64,000 nucleotides of DNA from Candidatus Latescibacterota bacterium. GTDB taxonomy: Bacteria; Latescibacterota; UBA2968; UBA8231. The notes under the pieces are model-generated. The model was not told the origin of the DNA, made no database searches, and was given only the letters and a program-made list of their open reading frames with translations. Each line of letters begins with the position of its first letter. The first letter of the stretch is position 1. The position numbers and the translations under genes were made by a program. The stretch is taken from the NCBI GenBank assembly GCA_964291625.2, contig OZ220089.1, forward strand, positions 4,448,001 through 4,512,000, read 5' to 3'. Positions 38,372 through 47,699 of this stretch are shown here, one piece after another.

Positions 38372-39291
38372 GACGGCGACTCCCCTTGGCCTGCCAGGAC
38401 CAGCTCGTAGGCGAACAGCTCCCGGTGGACCTCGAAGCCCAGGCGATGGTAGAGGCCCACCGCCGCCTCGAAGCGGCGCGAGGTGTTCAGCCAGGCCTCG
38501 GAGTAGCCCCGCTCCGCCAGCTGCCGCAGGGCGCGCGCGTTCAGGGCCTTGGCCAGGCCGGCGCCGCGGTGCCGCGGATGCACCCCGACCCAGTGGATGA
38601 GGCCTCCCGGGGCGGCTCCGTAGTCGGCCTCCCAGGCGATGGTCGTGCCGGCGAGCCGCCCTTCCCGCGTGGCCACCAGGATCCTGTCCAGGTCGTACAC
38701 GGGGCTGTCGGCCAGCTCGCGCCCGTAGCGCTGCGGCGGCCAGGGGTCGTCGGGGAAGCAGGCGTTCCTCAGGTCGACCCAGGCCTCCTCCTCCCCGGGC
38801 CGGAGGCACCGCAACTGGTAACCGGGAGGAACGGGGTGGTCGGGCAGCTCGACCTTCAGCCGCCGGCGCATGCGCAGGGACCCGAGGGAGCGGCCCTCGA
38901 AGCCCAGGGATTCGAGGAGGGAGCGCCACGGCCTCTCGCGGCTCGACACCGGTTCGGCCTGGACCTCGGCCTGCCCTCGCTCGCGCAGGGAGGAGACCGC
39001 CGCCGTCAACAGGGCCCTGCCGAGGCCGCGGCGCCGGTCACCCTCCCGGACGATGAGCATCTCGAGGCGCGAAGCGGAGCCCTCCGTGGCGCACACCACG
39101 AGGCCGGCGGGGTCCTCCCGGCGGCCGGCGAAGAGACTGGCCTGCGGATCGAAGCGGCCCTCCTCGAGGACTGTCCGGCAGCTGTCGAGGCGGGACTTGA
39201 GATCCTCCGGGGGGTGCGGCAGGAGCCTCTCGAGCCAGGCGGTGGCGGACCGGCCCGAGGGCCGCGCGCCGAGCCGCCGCAGGGTCTCCAT
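38368..39291 (-). CDS. Tandem GNAT family N-acetyltransferase
   Basis: Two acetyl-CoA motifs (RRRGLGRAL; HRGAGLAKAL), AVGLYHRLGF; TGATG coupling. Confidence 0.88.
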   Translation of the reverse strand: METLRRLGARPSGRSATAWLERLLPHPPEDLKSRLDSCRTVLEEGRFDPQASLFAGRREDPAGLVVCATEGSASRLEMLIVREGDRRRGLGRALLTAAVSSLRERGQAEVQAEPVSSRERPWRSLLESLGFEGRSLGSLRMRRRLKVELPDHPVPPGYQLRCLRPGEEEAWVDLRNACFPDDPWPPQRYGRELADSPVYDLDRILVATREGRLAGTTIAWEADYGAAPGGLIHWVGVHPRHRGAGLAKALNARALRQLAERGYSEAWLNTSRRFEAAVGLYHRLGFEVHRELFAYELVLAGQGESPS

Positions 39292-40317
39292 CAGAAGTCG
39301 AGGGTCACCGGCACCGGACGGCCGGCTTCGATCGATTCGGCCATGGCGCAGCAGACGGCCAGGGAGCGCGCCCCCTCGACGGCGTCGATCGCCGGGGTCG
39401 CGCCCGACTCGACGCAGTCGAGGAAGTGGTCCAGCTCCTCGGCGCAGGTGTGGTCCTCGGCCCGGATCGGCACGGGCAGCCGCATGAACTCCTCCACGTG
39501 GGGGATGCCGTCGAGGAAGAGGCGGTCGTTGACCACCGAGCCCCGGGTGCCGTAGTAGGAGAGGTTCATGGCGTAGGGGACCTTGGCGCCGCACGAGACC
39601 AGGCACTTGCCCAGGGCGCCGCTGGCGAAGCGGAGGTTGGCGATCACCGTGTCGTGCCAGGGCGCCTCGGGGATGTTGCGGCGGGCGCCGAAGGCGCTGA
39701 CCTCGACGATCTCGCCGGCGATCCAGCGCATCAGGTCCACGGGGTGGCAGGCGCCGCCGAGGATCGGCAACGGGCCCTCCTTGGCCGCGTCCATCCACCA
39801 GTCGTGGCCCGGCAGGCCGAGGAAGGGGCCCAGATCGTGGACGTAGTCGCCCTCGACGAAGCAGGCCTCGCCGAGCCGGCCGCTGCGCACCAGCTCGTGG
39901 ATGGCGATGAAGATGCGGCTGAAGCGGGCCCCGTGGCCGACCATGACCCGGGTGCCGGCGGCGCCGGCGGCGGCCACGATGCGGCGGGCCTCGCGCCACG
40001 GTGACGGCCAGGGGCTTCTCGACGAAGAGGTGCTTGCCCGCCTCCAGGGCGGCCACCGCCTGGGCTTCGTGCAGCGAGTTCGGGGTGCACAGGTAGACGA
40101 CGTCCACCCGGTGGTCGCTCAGGACATCCTCGTAGACGGTGGTGGTGCGACCCGCCCCGTGGGTGGCGGCGAGCTCCTCGGCGAGGCCGCGGCTGCGCTC
40201 GGTGGAGCAGATCGCCTCCAGGCGGGCCCGGGGGCTGGCGGCGACGGCCCCCATGTGCTCGCCGCCGATGTAGCCGGTGCCGACGACGGCGATGCCGTGG
40301 CAGGTGACTGGGCTCAT
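39291..40317 (-). CDS. Gfo/Idh/MocA family oxidoreductase; +1 frameshift near 39994
   Basis: VVGTGYIG, HLFVEKPLAVTVA, then GCG C GAG GCC; deleting one base restores EARRIVAAA and joins the frame containing GGACHPVDL. Confidence 0.85.
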
Positions 40318-40442
40318 GGCGCAGAAGCTCTGCAGAGCCGCACCGGGGAGCAAGCGGTGACGAAGTGCCTCGCCGGGCCTAAGATTCTCGGAACCTCACA
40401 CACCCGGCCGCGAGAGCGGCATGACGGCGAGGGAGGCCACAG

Positions 40443-41798
40443 ATGGCACAGGGTGACGTTCTGCGTTCGGAGAAACGGGAGTACCGGGAGCCGGCGACGG
40501 GCGTGAGGGTGGTGCAGCTCACCGACGCGCCGTGCCACAACGTGCACCCGTACTACAACCAGGAGGGGTTCGTCGGCGGGTCCGAGCGCTACGTGTTCGC
40601 TTCCAACCGGTCGGGCATCGGCCAGATCTACGCGATGGAGATCGCCTCCGGCGCGATGGTACAGCTCACCGACTCCGACGAGCCGCCGGTACTGGCCGGC
40701 ATCGACAAGCGACCCGGCGGGGGAGCAGGGTCGGGCGGCCTCACCTGCGACCCGGAGCGCGGACGCATCTACTACAGTCGGGGCAAGCGGGTCTGCTGCC
40801 TGGACATCGAGAGCCTGCGCGAGGAGGTCGTGGCCGAGTCGCCGCCGGGATGCGGCTCGTTGGGCGGCCCCGACCTGTCGAGCTGCGGGCGCTACATGGT
40901 GCTGAGCTGCCGGCCGGAGGGCGTGTCGGACTGGCCGTGGCGGGACGAGAACCGCTACCGGCACGGCAGCGAGACGCTGGTGGTGCTGTGCGACCTGCAG
41001 GAAGGGCGGCAGGCGGTCGTCTACCACGGCCCGAGCGCGGAGAACCGTGCGGCGGCGGACAGTCACCTGTTCATCTGCCGGGGCGACCCGTCCTACCTGT
41101 TCTTCGGCAGCTATACCCGCACCCAGCCCACCGGGCTGAAGACGATGTGGTTCATGCGGGTCGACCTGGAGCGGATGGTGCCGCTTGCGGACCCGATGCC
41201 GATCTTCGCTCAGCAGCCGTTCGAGATGGTCAACCACTACTATCCGGCGCCGGACAACCACGTCGAGTCGCTGCTGTTCACCCTTCCCCAGCACGACCGC
41301 GACGGCGTCCCGGTGAGCCCGGTGCGGCGCGCGGAGATGATCGACGTCGACCTGGTCAACCGCGTGGACCGCCGCTGGGTCTTTCCCGGCCGCGAGCCCA
41401 TCCACTTCAAGTGCAACTCGAAGGCCGACCTCTGGGTGGGGGACGCCGCCGACCCCGGCCCGTTCTGGTTCGAGGGACGCGGCGACCTGGAGCGGTACGT
41501 GCGGGAAGGGGAAGGCGAGGCCGCCGAGGGCCCCGTGTCGTCGGCGCGCCGCGATCCCCAGGCGATCGGACCTGAAGGCTACCGCTGGCCGGAGGCGCAC
41601 CGCTGGATCGGCGTGTTCCGCAAGCGGGGACCGTTCCTGGAGGTGCGGCCGCTGGTGCGCCACGACACGGTGTGGCGCTGCATCCATCCGCACCCGGCGT
41701 TCTCTCCCGACGACCGCTGGACGGTCTATGGAGCGGGCGGCGCCCGGCAGTCGCAGCTCTTCCTGGCCGAGGCGGTCTGGCCGCGGTGGATGACCTGA
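40443..41798 (+). CDS. Oligogalacturonate lyase (Ogl)-like beta-propeller protein
   Basis: EYREPATGVRVVQLT, HPYYNQ, VFASNRSG, HPHPAFSPDDRW; RBS GGAGG. Confidence 0.82.
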   Translation: MAQGDVLRSEKREYREPATGVRVVQLTDAPCHNVHPYYNQEGFVGGSERYVFASNRSGIGQIYAMEIASGAMVQLTDSDEPPVLAGIDKRPGGGAGSGGLTCDPERGRIYYSRGKRVCCLDIESLREEVVAESPPGCGSLGGPDLSSCGRYMVLSCRPEGVSDWPWRDENRYRHGSETLVVLCDLQEGRQAVVYHGPSAENRAAADSHLFICRGDPSYLFFGSYTRTQPTGLKTMWFMRVDLERMVPLADPMPIFAQQPFEMVNHYYPAPDNHVESLLFTLPQHDRDGVPVSPVRRAEMIDVDLVNRVDRRWVFPGREPIHFKCNSKADLWVGDAADPGPFWFEGRGDLERYVREGEGEAAEGPVSSARRDPQAIGPEGYRWPEAHRWIGVFRKRGPFLEVRPLVRHDTVWRCIHPHPAFSPDDRWTVYGAGGARQSQLFLAEAVWPRWMT

Positions 41799-41877
41799 GT
41801 CCGGCGGGCGCCGCCGCGGGCGACGTACGGCTGCCCAGGCTCTCCCTCCTCCCGCGCCGGCCCCTCCGCGCCCTCGT

Positions 41878-41964
41878 CCGGCGCGAACCAGTAGCCCTCC
41901 CGCTCGACCCGCTCCCGTGGCCGCCGATGTAGCCGGTGCCGACGATGGCGATGCCGTGGCTCAT
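41878..41964 (-). pseudogene. Chimeric remnant: 5' end of a Gfo/Idh/MocA gene fused to the 3' end of an enolase-family gene
   Basis: 41920-41960 matches 40261-40301 at 40/41 nt; 41878-41917 matches 43043-43082 at about 33/40 nt. Confidence 0.8.
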
Positions 41965-41985
41965 CCCAGGGAACGCCGGAACGGG

Positions 41986-42996
41986 TCAGCCGCAGGAATC
42001 GCGCACGATCAGCCGGTGGGTCAGGGTCACCTGTCGAGGAGGGGCGTCGCCCCGAAGCTGTTCCAGCATCAGGTCCATCGCCGCCTCGGCGATCTGGTCG
42101 TAGGGGATGGCCAGCGTGGTCAGGGCCGGAGTGGAATAGGCGGACACGTCCAGATCGCCGCAACCGACGACGGCCACATCCTCGGGGACGCGAAGCCCCG
42201 ACTCCTGGAGGCCGCGGCAGAGGCCGATGGCCACGTGGTCGCTTCGGCAGACAAAGGCCGTGAACCGGTCCGCCACCGACTTGCCCAGCTCATAGGCAGC
42301 TTGCATGGGGGGAGGCGATGGCAGGTGCTCCGGTGCCAGGCCGCGCTTCTCCATGGCACGAAGGTACCCGCGGGCCTTGGCAGCCCCGGGGCCATCGTGG
42401 GTCCAATGGGTTCCGATGAACCCGATCCGCTCGTGCCCCCGGCGTATCAGATGCGAGGTGGCCTCGAAGATGCCCTCCCCCTCGTCCAGGGCGACGCCGC
42501 ACAAGTCCGGGCTCGAGGGGTGGAAGAAGGTCACCACCGGCACCCTCCCCTTCACCGTCTGGAGAATGAGCTCGGACTCTCCCTCGGTCCCTCGCGCATG
42601 GATGAGCAGTCCGTCCACACCTCGGGACATCATCTGGTGGATCTGGCGGTCCTGGTCCTCCGGCGCGTCCGAGGGGCTGGCGGCCAGGGTCACCAGGATC
42701 TGGTAGTCCTGCCGGTCCGCGGCCCGGAGAATCATGTCGGCCTGACGGCCGAAGGGCTCGCAGTTGATCCCGCAGGTCAGCAGGCCGAGGGTGTTCGTCC
42801 TTCCCGTGACGAACCCCCTGGCCATCAGGTTGGGCGTGTAGCCGAGGTCGGCAGCCAGCTTCCTGATCCGGTCCCGAGTCTTCCGGGTAACCAGGGCCGC
42901 GGTCTTGGGGTCCGGCGACAGGGCCCGCGAGACCGTCATGTGAGAGACGCCCAGTTCCCGGGCGATGTCCTTGATGGTGACCTGTTTCGTTCTCAT
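41986..42996 (-). CDS. LacI family transcriptional regulator
   Basis: VTIKDIARELGVSHMTVSRALS, LGYTPNLMARG, GLRVPEDVAVVG, PALTT, LIVRDS. Confidence 0.95.
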   Translation of the reverse strand: MRTKQVTIKDIARELGVSHMTVSRALSPDPKTAALVTRKTRDRIRKLAADLGYTPNLMARGFVTGRTNTLGLLTCGINCEPFGRQADMILRAADRQDYQILVTLAASPSDAPEDQDRQIHQMMSRGVDGLLIHARGTEGESELILQTVKGRVPVVTFFHPSSPDLCGVALDEGEGIFEATSHLIRRGHERIGFIGTHWTHDGPGAAKARGYLRAMEKRGLAPEHLPSPPPMQAAYELGKSVADRFTAFVCRSDHVAIGLCRGLQESGLRVPEDVAVVGCGDLDVSAYSTPALTTLAIPYDQIAEAAMDLMLEQLRGDAPPRQVTLTHRLIVRDSCG

Positions 42997-43025
42997 GCCT
43001 TCCGTTCCGAAGTAGGGGAGCCAAA

Positions 43026-44261
43026 CTAGACCAGGGGCCCGGCCGGCGCGAACCAATAGCCTCCCTGGGAGACCCGCTCCCGGACGCGGCGGAACTCCTC
43101 CGAGCCGTCGTCCTCCCAGACCTCGAAGTCGACGCCGCGGAGGGTACCCTCCTCGAAGCCGAGGAGCTGGCTCACGTCGGGGATCGAGGGCGTGTAGAGG
43201 ACGCGGCCGCCGGCCAGGCGCAGGACCCCCACGTGCTCGGGGAGCCGCGGCGCCGGCCGGGACGCCAACTCGCCCAGGGCCTCCTCGTCCACCTCGATCC
43301 CCAGTCCCGGCCCTTCGGGCACGGGAGAGCTGCCGCCGTCGATGGGGATGACCTGGCGGGTCACGTCGTCCTCGTACTGGTCCACGAGGTTGATCGTGTG
43401 CCCCTTGGGCAGGGTGCAGGCGAAGTGCAGGGCGAAGGCCTTGGTGAGCATGCCGCCGGTGAGCTGCACCACGTTGAGCAGGCCGGCGCGGGCGTAGGCG
43501 TGACCGCGGATCAGGGCGTCGCCGAAGCCGCCGCAGTACTCGCCGATGATGTAGCCGTCGGCGCAGCCCATGAGCATCTCCTGGATGCCGTTCAGGGGCG
43601 GCACGTGCATCAGCACCGGCACGGGCAGACGCTCCCGCAGGCGCCGCCAGCCCTCGAGGTCGCTCAGGACGACGGGGTCCTCGACGCAGGCGACGCGCGC
43701 CATGGGCAGCTGCTCGAGAATGGGCAGCACCCCCGCCAGGGTGCGGTTGTGGTTGAAGTCGTAGTGCATGCGGAAGTCGGGGGGCGCCGCGTCGTCGATG
43801 GCGCGGTGCTGCTCCAGCAGGTCGTGGTGCTGGCAGGTGTGGACCTTGAAGAGCAGGTAGCCCTCGGCGGCGGCGCGCTCGATCTCCGCCGCCATCACCG
43901 CCGGCGAGCCCGGGCGCGTCCAGGCGCAGACCGGCACGCGCTGCCGCTGCCGCGTGCCCATGAGCTGCCAGGCGGGGATCCCCAGGTGCTTGCCGGCGGC
44001 GTCGTGGCAGGCGGCGCCCAGGCCCAGGGGCAGGCTCTCGTCGCGCAGAAAGGCGAAGGGGCTGCGGCCGAGCATGGCGTCGGCCACCGACTGCGGCGGC
44101 GGCGCGCAGCGGTAGTCGCCGTAGCCGACGACGCCGTTGTCGCAGGTGACGCGGAAGACCGTGCGCTGATCGATGGAGCGCATGCGGATCTCGTGGCCCT
44201 CGTAGCGGCGGGCGAAGCGCGGGCGGATGGGGATGATGTCGACCTGGTCGATGCGCATCAT
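43026..44261 (-). CDS. Mandelate racemase/muconate lactonizing enzyme (enolase superfamily) protein
   Basis: MRIDQVDIIP, DAAGKHLGIPAWQLMG, YDFN, VEDP, PEGPGLGIEVDE; ATGA coupling. Confidence 0.9.
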   Translation of the reverse strand: MMRIDQVDIIPIRPRFARRYEGHEIRMRSIDQRTVFRVTCDNGVVGYGDYRCAPPPQSVADAMLGRSPFAFLRDESLPLGLGAACHDAAGKHLGIPAWQLMGTRQRQRVPVCAWTRPGSPAVMAAEIERAAAEGYLLFKVHTCQHHDLLEQHRAIDDAAPPDFRMHYDFNHNRTLAGVLPILEQLPMARVACVEDPVVLSDLEGWRRLRERLPVPVLMHVPPLNGIQEMLMGCADGYIIGEYCGGFGDALIRGHAYARAGLLNVVQLTGGMLTKAFALHFACTLPKGHTINLVDQYEDDVTRQVIPIDGGSSPVPEGPGLGIEVDEEALGELASRPAPRLPEHVGVLRLAGGRVLYTPSIPDVSQLLGFEEGTLRGVDFEVWEDDGSEEFRRVRERVSQGGYWFAPAGPLV

Positions 44262-46420
44262 ATCCAGAATATGGAATTCCCGACCATTCCGGTCAGGTAG
44301 TCCACCACGAGCCAGCCGCCGCTGATGAGCATGCGGCCCACGATCATGCCGAGAAAGAAGTCGCGGCTGCGGGTGTAGAGGGCGGCGCCGCCGTACTTGA
44401 GGACCGTCACCTTCACGAGCCAGGCGAAGAACACGCTGAACCACATCCAGTCGATGACCCAGCTCGTCATGATGGGGAACCCGATCGGGTGCAGGGGCCA
44501 CCACAGGAAGCGCTGGCGCAGCCAGGTGAGGACCACCATGCCCGCCGCGCCGATGCCGGCGAAGCCGAGTCCGGCCCAGTAGACGCCGAGGGTCTCCATG
44601 CCCTTCAGGGCCGTGTTGCCCATGCGCAGGGGCAGGCTCTTGAAGAACCAGCCGCTGAAGTTGATGCCGCCGTCGCGGTAGGAGAGCTCCAGCACCGTGT
44701 AGAGAGAGCCGATGACGCCGCAGAACAGGGCGATGAGGATCGCCTGCATCACCACCCGGCGGCTCTGCTTGCTCATGCCCTCGATCAGCTTGAGGCCGTT
44801 GGCGACGACGCCCATGAGGAAGATGCGCAGGTCGGCGAGGAAGATGTAGCCGAGGGAGAAGTTGGCGATCGCCTTGACGCCCACCAGCTTCGAGCCGAGG
44901 CCGAACATCATGAAGTCGGGAGCGTTCATGGGAGTGATGATGGCCGCCACCCCCGACTCGGCCACGACCCGCGTGAGGGCCGTGAAGATGGCCATGACGA
45001 GCACGATGAAGAGCAGGCTGGCCCACAGGGGCGTGCCGATGAAGGCGAACCACGCCACCATCACCGCCGTGCCGAGGAGGGTGGCCAGCACGGCGGTGCG
45101 GTAGGACATGATCTCATCGTCGTCGCTCAGCGGCGTGTCGAGGCCGAGGCAGCACCGGCCCACCTGCTTCAGGTGCTCGCGGCCGACCCACAGGCCGAGG
45201 GCGACGAAGAGGAGCAGGGCGCCGAGGCCCTGGTAGTTCATCAGCTCCGTGACGTGCACGCCCCACACGTCCTGCTGCTTGGTCACGCCATTGGCGACGA
45301 AGACCATCTTCTCCAGCTTCGACAGCAGGGCGAAGCCCCAGATGCCCGCGGCGATGTCCGGTCCGATGAGGTAGGAGAACCCGACGACGGCGAAGCTGAG
45401 GGTCATGTTGAGGGACTGGCCGAAGCCGATGGGGATCGTCCAGGCCGTGGGAATGATCGGAAAGGCCCCGAGGTACTTGTTGAGGCCGGTGAGCAGGCCC
45501 ACGAGCATGGGCACGGAGGCGCCGGCCCACATGACGCGGCTCCGGAAGAAGGGGTTGACCAGCCGGCCGGGCTCCTCGCCGCGGATCATGACCTGGGCCG
45601 CCTGCACCAGCGGGTAGGAGAGCCGCTCGCGGTCCATCCACTGGCGCCGCAGGATGACGGCGATGCCGACCATGGCCAGGTAGAGGGCGACGAGGAAGAT
45701 GCCCCACAGGGCCACCGGCCGCAGCCACAGCTCCCAGGGCACGCTGTAGGCGTCGGCGCCGAGGCCCTCGAAGAACGCTTCGTTGCCGTTGCCGTCGTCG
45801 ACGGTGAGGGCCCCCGGCAGGTGGGGGAAGAGGAGCTCCTGCCACTTGTTCTCGGGGTTGGCGTAGTAGAAGAAGCCGCTGATCGACGGCAGGATCGCCT
45901 CGCACACGCCCATGGTGGAGACCGAGGCGACGACGATGAGCATGATGTAGACGACGATCAGCTCCGAGCGGTTGAGGGCCAGGCTGCGGCCGCCGGCGGC
46001 GAGAACGGTGTTGACCGCCATCGCCGTCAGCAGGAACCCGCAGAGGAGCACGGCGGGGGAGTACAGGGGCAGTTGGTCGAAGGGGGCGAAGCGGTAGCCG
46101 CAGGCCAGGGCCAGGGCGCCCGTGACCAGGGCCGAGACCCACCAGGCGCGGGCCGTCGCCTTGAACAGGGTGTTGAGGACCCCCACGAGGAAGAGGAACA
46201 GGAAGATCGCCCCCGGCGTGCTCATGTCGAGGGTCATGTAGCTGCCCTTGATCACGATGTCGCCGTAGTTGGAGCCGACGCCGAGGAAGAAGGAGAGGAA
46301 GGTGCCCACCGCCAGGGCCCGGGCGCTCAGGGGCTGGTGGTCGGCCTCGCTCTCCCGCGTCACCGAGGCGCCCCGCAGGGACAGGTAGCGGCGGAAGTCC
46401 TGGGGGATTCCGATTCTCAT
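44258..46420 (-). CDS. DUF6785/DUF6784-type membrane protein, copy 3 (extra N-terminal TM pair)
   Basis: YYANPENKW, ERLSYPL, WWPLHPIG, KYGGAALY...FFLG. Confidence 0.87.
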   Translation of the reverse strand: MRIGIPQDFRRYLSLRGASVTRESEADHQPLSARALAVGTFLSFFLGVGSNYGDIVIKGSYMTLDMSTPGAIFLFLFLVGVLNTLFKATARAWWVSALVTGALALACGYRFAPFDQLPLYSPAVLLCGFLLTAMAVNTVLAAGGRSLALNRSELIVVYIMLIVVASVSTMGVCEAILPSISGFFYYANPENKWQELLFPHLPGALTVDDGNGNEAFFEGLGADAYSVPWELWLRPVALWGIFLVALYLAMVGIAVILRRQWMDRERLSYPLVQAAQVMIRGEEPGRLVNPFFRSRVMWAGASVPMLVGLLTGLNKYLGAFPIIPTAWTIPIGFGQSLNMTLSFAVVGFSYLIGPDIAAGIWGFALLSKLEKMVFVANGVTKQQDVWGVHVTELMNYQGLGALLLFVALGLWVGREHLKQVGRCCLGLDTPLSDDDEIMSYRTAVLATLLGTAVMVAWFAFIGTPLWASLLFIVLVMAIFTALTRVVAESGVAAIITPMNAPDFMMFGLGSKLVGVKAIANFSLGYIFLADLRIFLMGVVANGLKLIEGMSKQSRRVVMQAILIALFCGVIGSLYTVLELSYRDGGINFSGWFFKSLPLRMGNTALKGMETLGVYWAGLGFAGIGAAGMVVLTWLRQRFLWWPLHPIGFPIMTSWVIDWMWFSVFFAWLVKVTVLKYGGAALYTRSRDFFLGMIVGRMLISGGWLVVDYLTGMVGNSIFWI

Positions 46421-46559
46421 GGCTGCACAACGGTAGACCCCGCGGCGGGGGGCGCCAAACCAGGGGGCTCGCGCTCCCGGGAAGGGGCCCTATCTTCCTG
46501 CGACCCGGCCTCCCCGGGGGCCGTCGACAGCGCAGACAACCGAAGGACGAGGAGAGATC

Positions 46560-47579
46560 ATGCCCTACCACGTGTACGTGTCGAACGCCGGCAGCGACTT
46601 CCTGTCCCACTTCCTGATGGACGAGGAGAGCGGCCTCCTGGAGGCGCGGGCCGACATCGCCCTGGGGGGCTCGCCGGGAGCCCTGGCCACCAACCGCGAC
46701 GGCAGCCGCCTCTTCGCCTGCCTGCGCTCCCGGGGGGAGTACGTCAGCTACGACCTCGACCGCGGCAGCGGCGCCTTGTCGAGGATCGACGCCACGAGCG
46801 TCTCCGAGGGGGCCCCCTACCTCGCCACGGACAACACCGACCGATTCCTGCTGGCCACCTACTACGGGGCGGGAGGCGTCTCCGTCCACGGCATCGGGGC
46901 CGACGGCAGCCTGTCGCCGGAGCCGCTGCAGTGGATCGAGACCGATGCCCACGCCCACAGTATCCAGACCGACCGCTCCAACCGCTTCGCGTACGTGCCG
47001 CACACCGTGCCGGGCAACGCCATCTTCCAGTTCCGCTTCGACGAGGCCACGGGGGCCCTGACGGCCATCGACCCGCCGAAGATCCAGCCCGACACCGCCG
47101 AAGGCCCCCGCCACTTCGTCTTCCACCCGTCCCTGCACGTCCTCTACTCCATCAACGAGGACGGCTGCACCGTCTCCGCCCACCACTTCGACGCGGAGAC
47201 CGGCCGCCTCTCCTCCTTCCAGATGCTGCCCACCCTGCCGCACGGCGCCCCCGTCGAGGGCGACTCCACGGCGGAGATCGCCATCACACCCGACGGCCGG
47301 CACCTGTACGGCTCCAACCGCGGCCACGACAGCCTCGCCCTCTTCGAGGTCGCCGGCGACGGCCGGCTCACTCCCAAGGGGCACACGCCCACCGAGGCCA
47401 CGCCCCGGTTCTTCGACCTGGACCCGACGGGGAGGTATCTCTATTCGGCGGGGCAGAATTCGGGGAAGGTGGCGGTCTTCCGCATCGACGCCGGCAGCGG
47501 CGCCCTGGAGCGGATCCAGACCTGCGAGGTCGGCCAGAGCCCCCTGTGGATCCAGTTCGTCGAGCAGGACCGCTCCTGA
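46560..47579 (+). CDS. pgl: 6-phosphogluconolactonase / lactonase family beta-propeller
   Basis: HAHSIQTD, GPRHFVFHP, AEIAITPDGRHLYGSNRGHDSL, TPRFF; RBS GAGGAG. Confidence 0.9.
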   Translation: MPYHVYVSNAGSDFLSHFLMDEESGLLEARADIALGGSPGALATNRDGSRLFACLRSRGEYVSYDLDRGSGALSRIDATSVSEGAPYLATDNTDRFLLATYYGAGGVSVHGIGADGSLSPEPLQWIETDAHAHSIQTDRSNRFAYVPHTVPGNAIFQFRFDEATGALTAIDPPKIQPDTAEGPRHFVFHPSLHVLYSINEDGCTVSAHHFDAETGRLSSFQMLPTLPHGAPVEGDSTAEIAITPDGRHLYGSNRGHDSLALFEVAGDGRLTPKGHTPTEATPRFFDLDPTGRYLYSAGQNSGKVAVFRIDAGSGALERIQTCEVGQSPLWIQFVEQDRS

Positions 47580-47699
47580 GGGCTCAGTCCACGGGCCGCC
47601 GGCGGAGGACCCGGAAGCGGGTCGTGCCGACGTCGGCGTAGCACGCCCCGGTAAGGCTCGGGAAGGACCCGCCGTCGGGGGAGAGGGTGGCCGGGCAGG

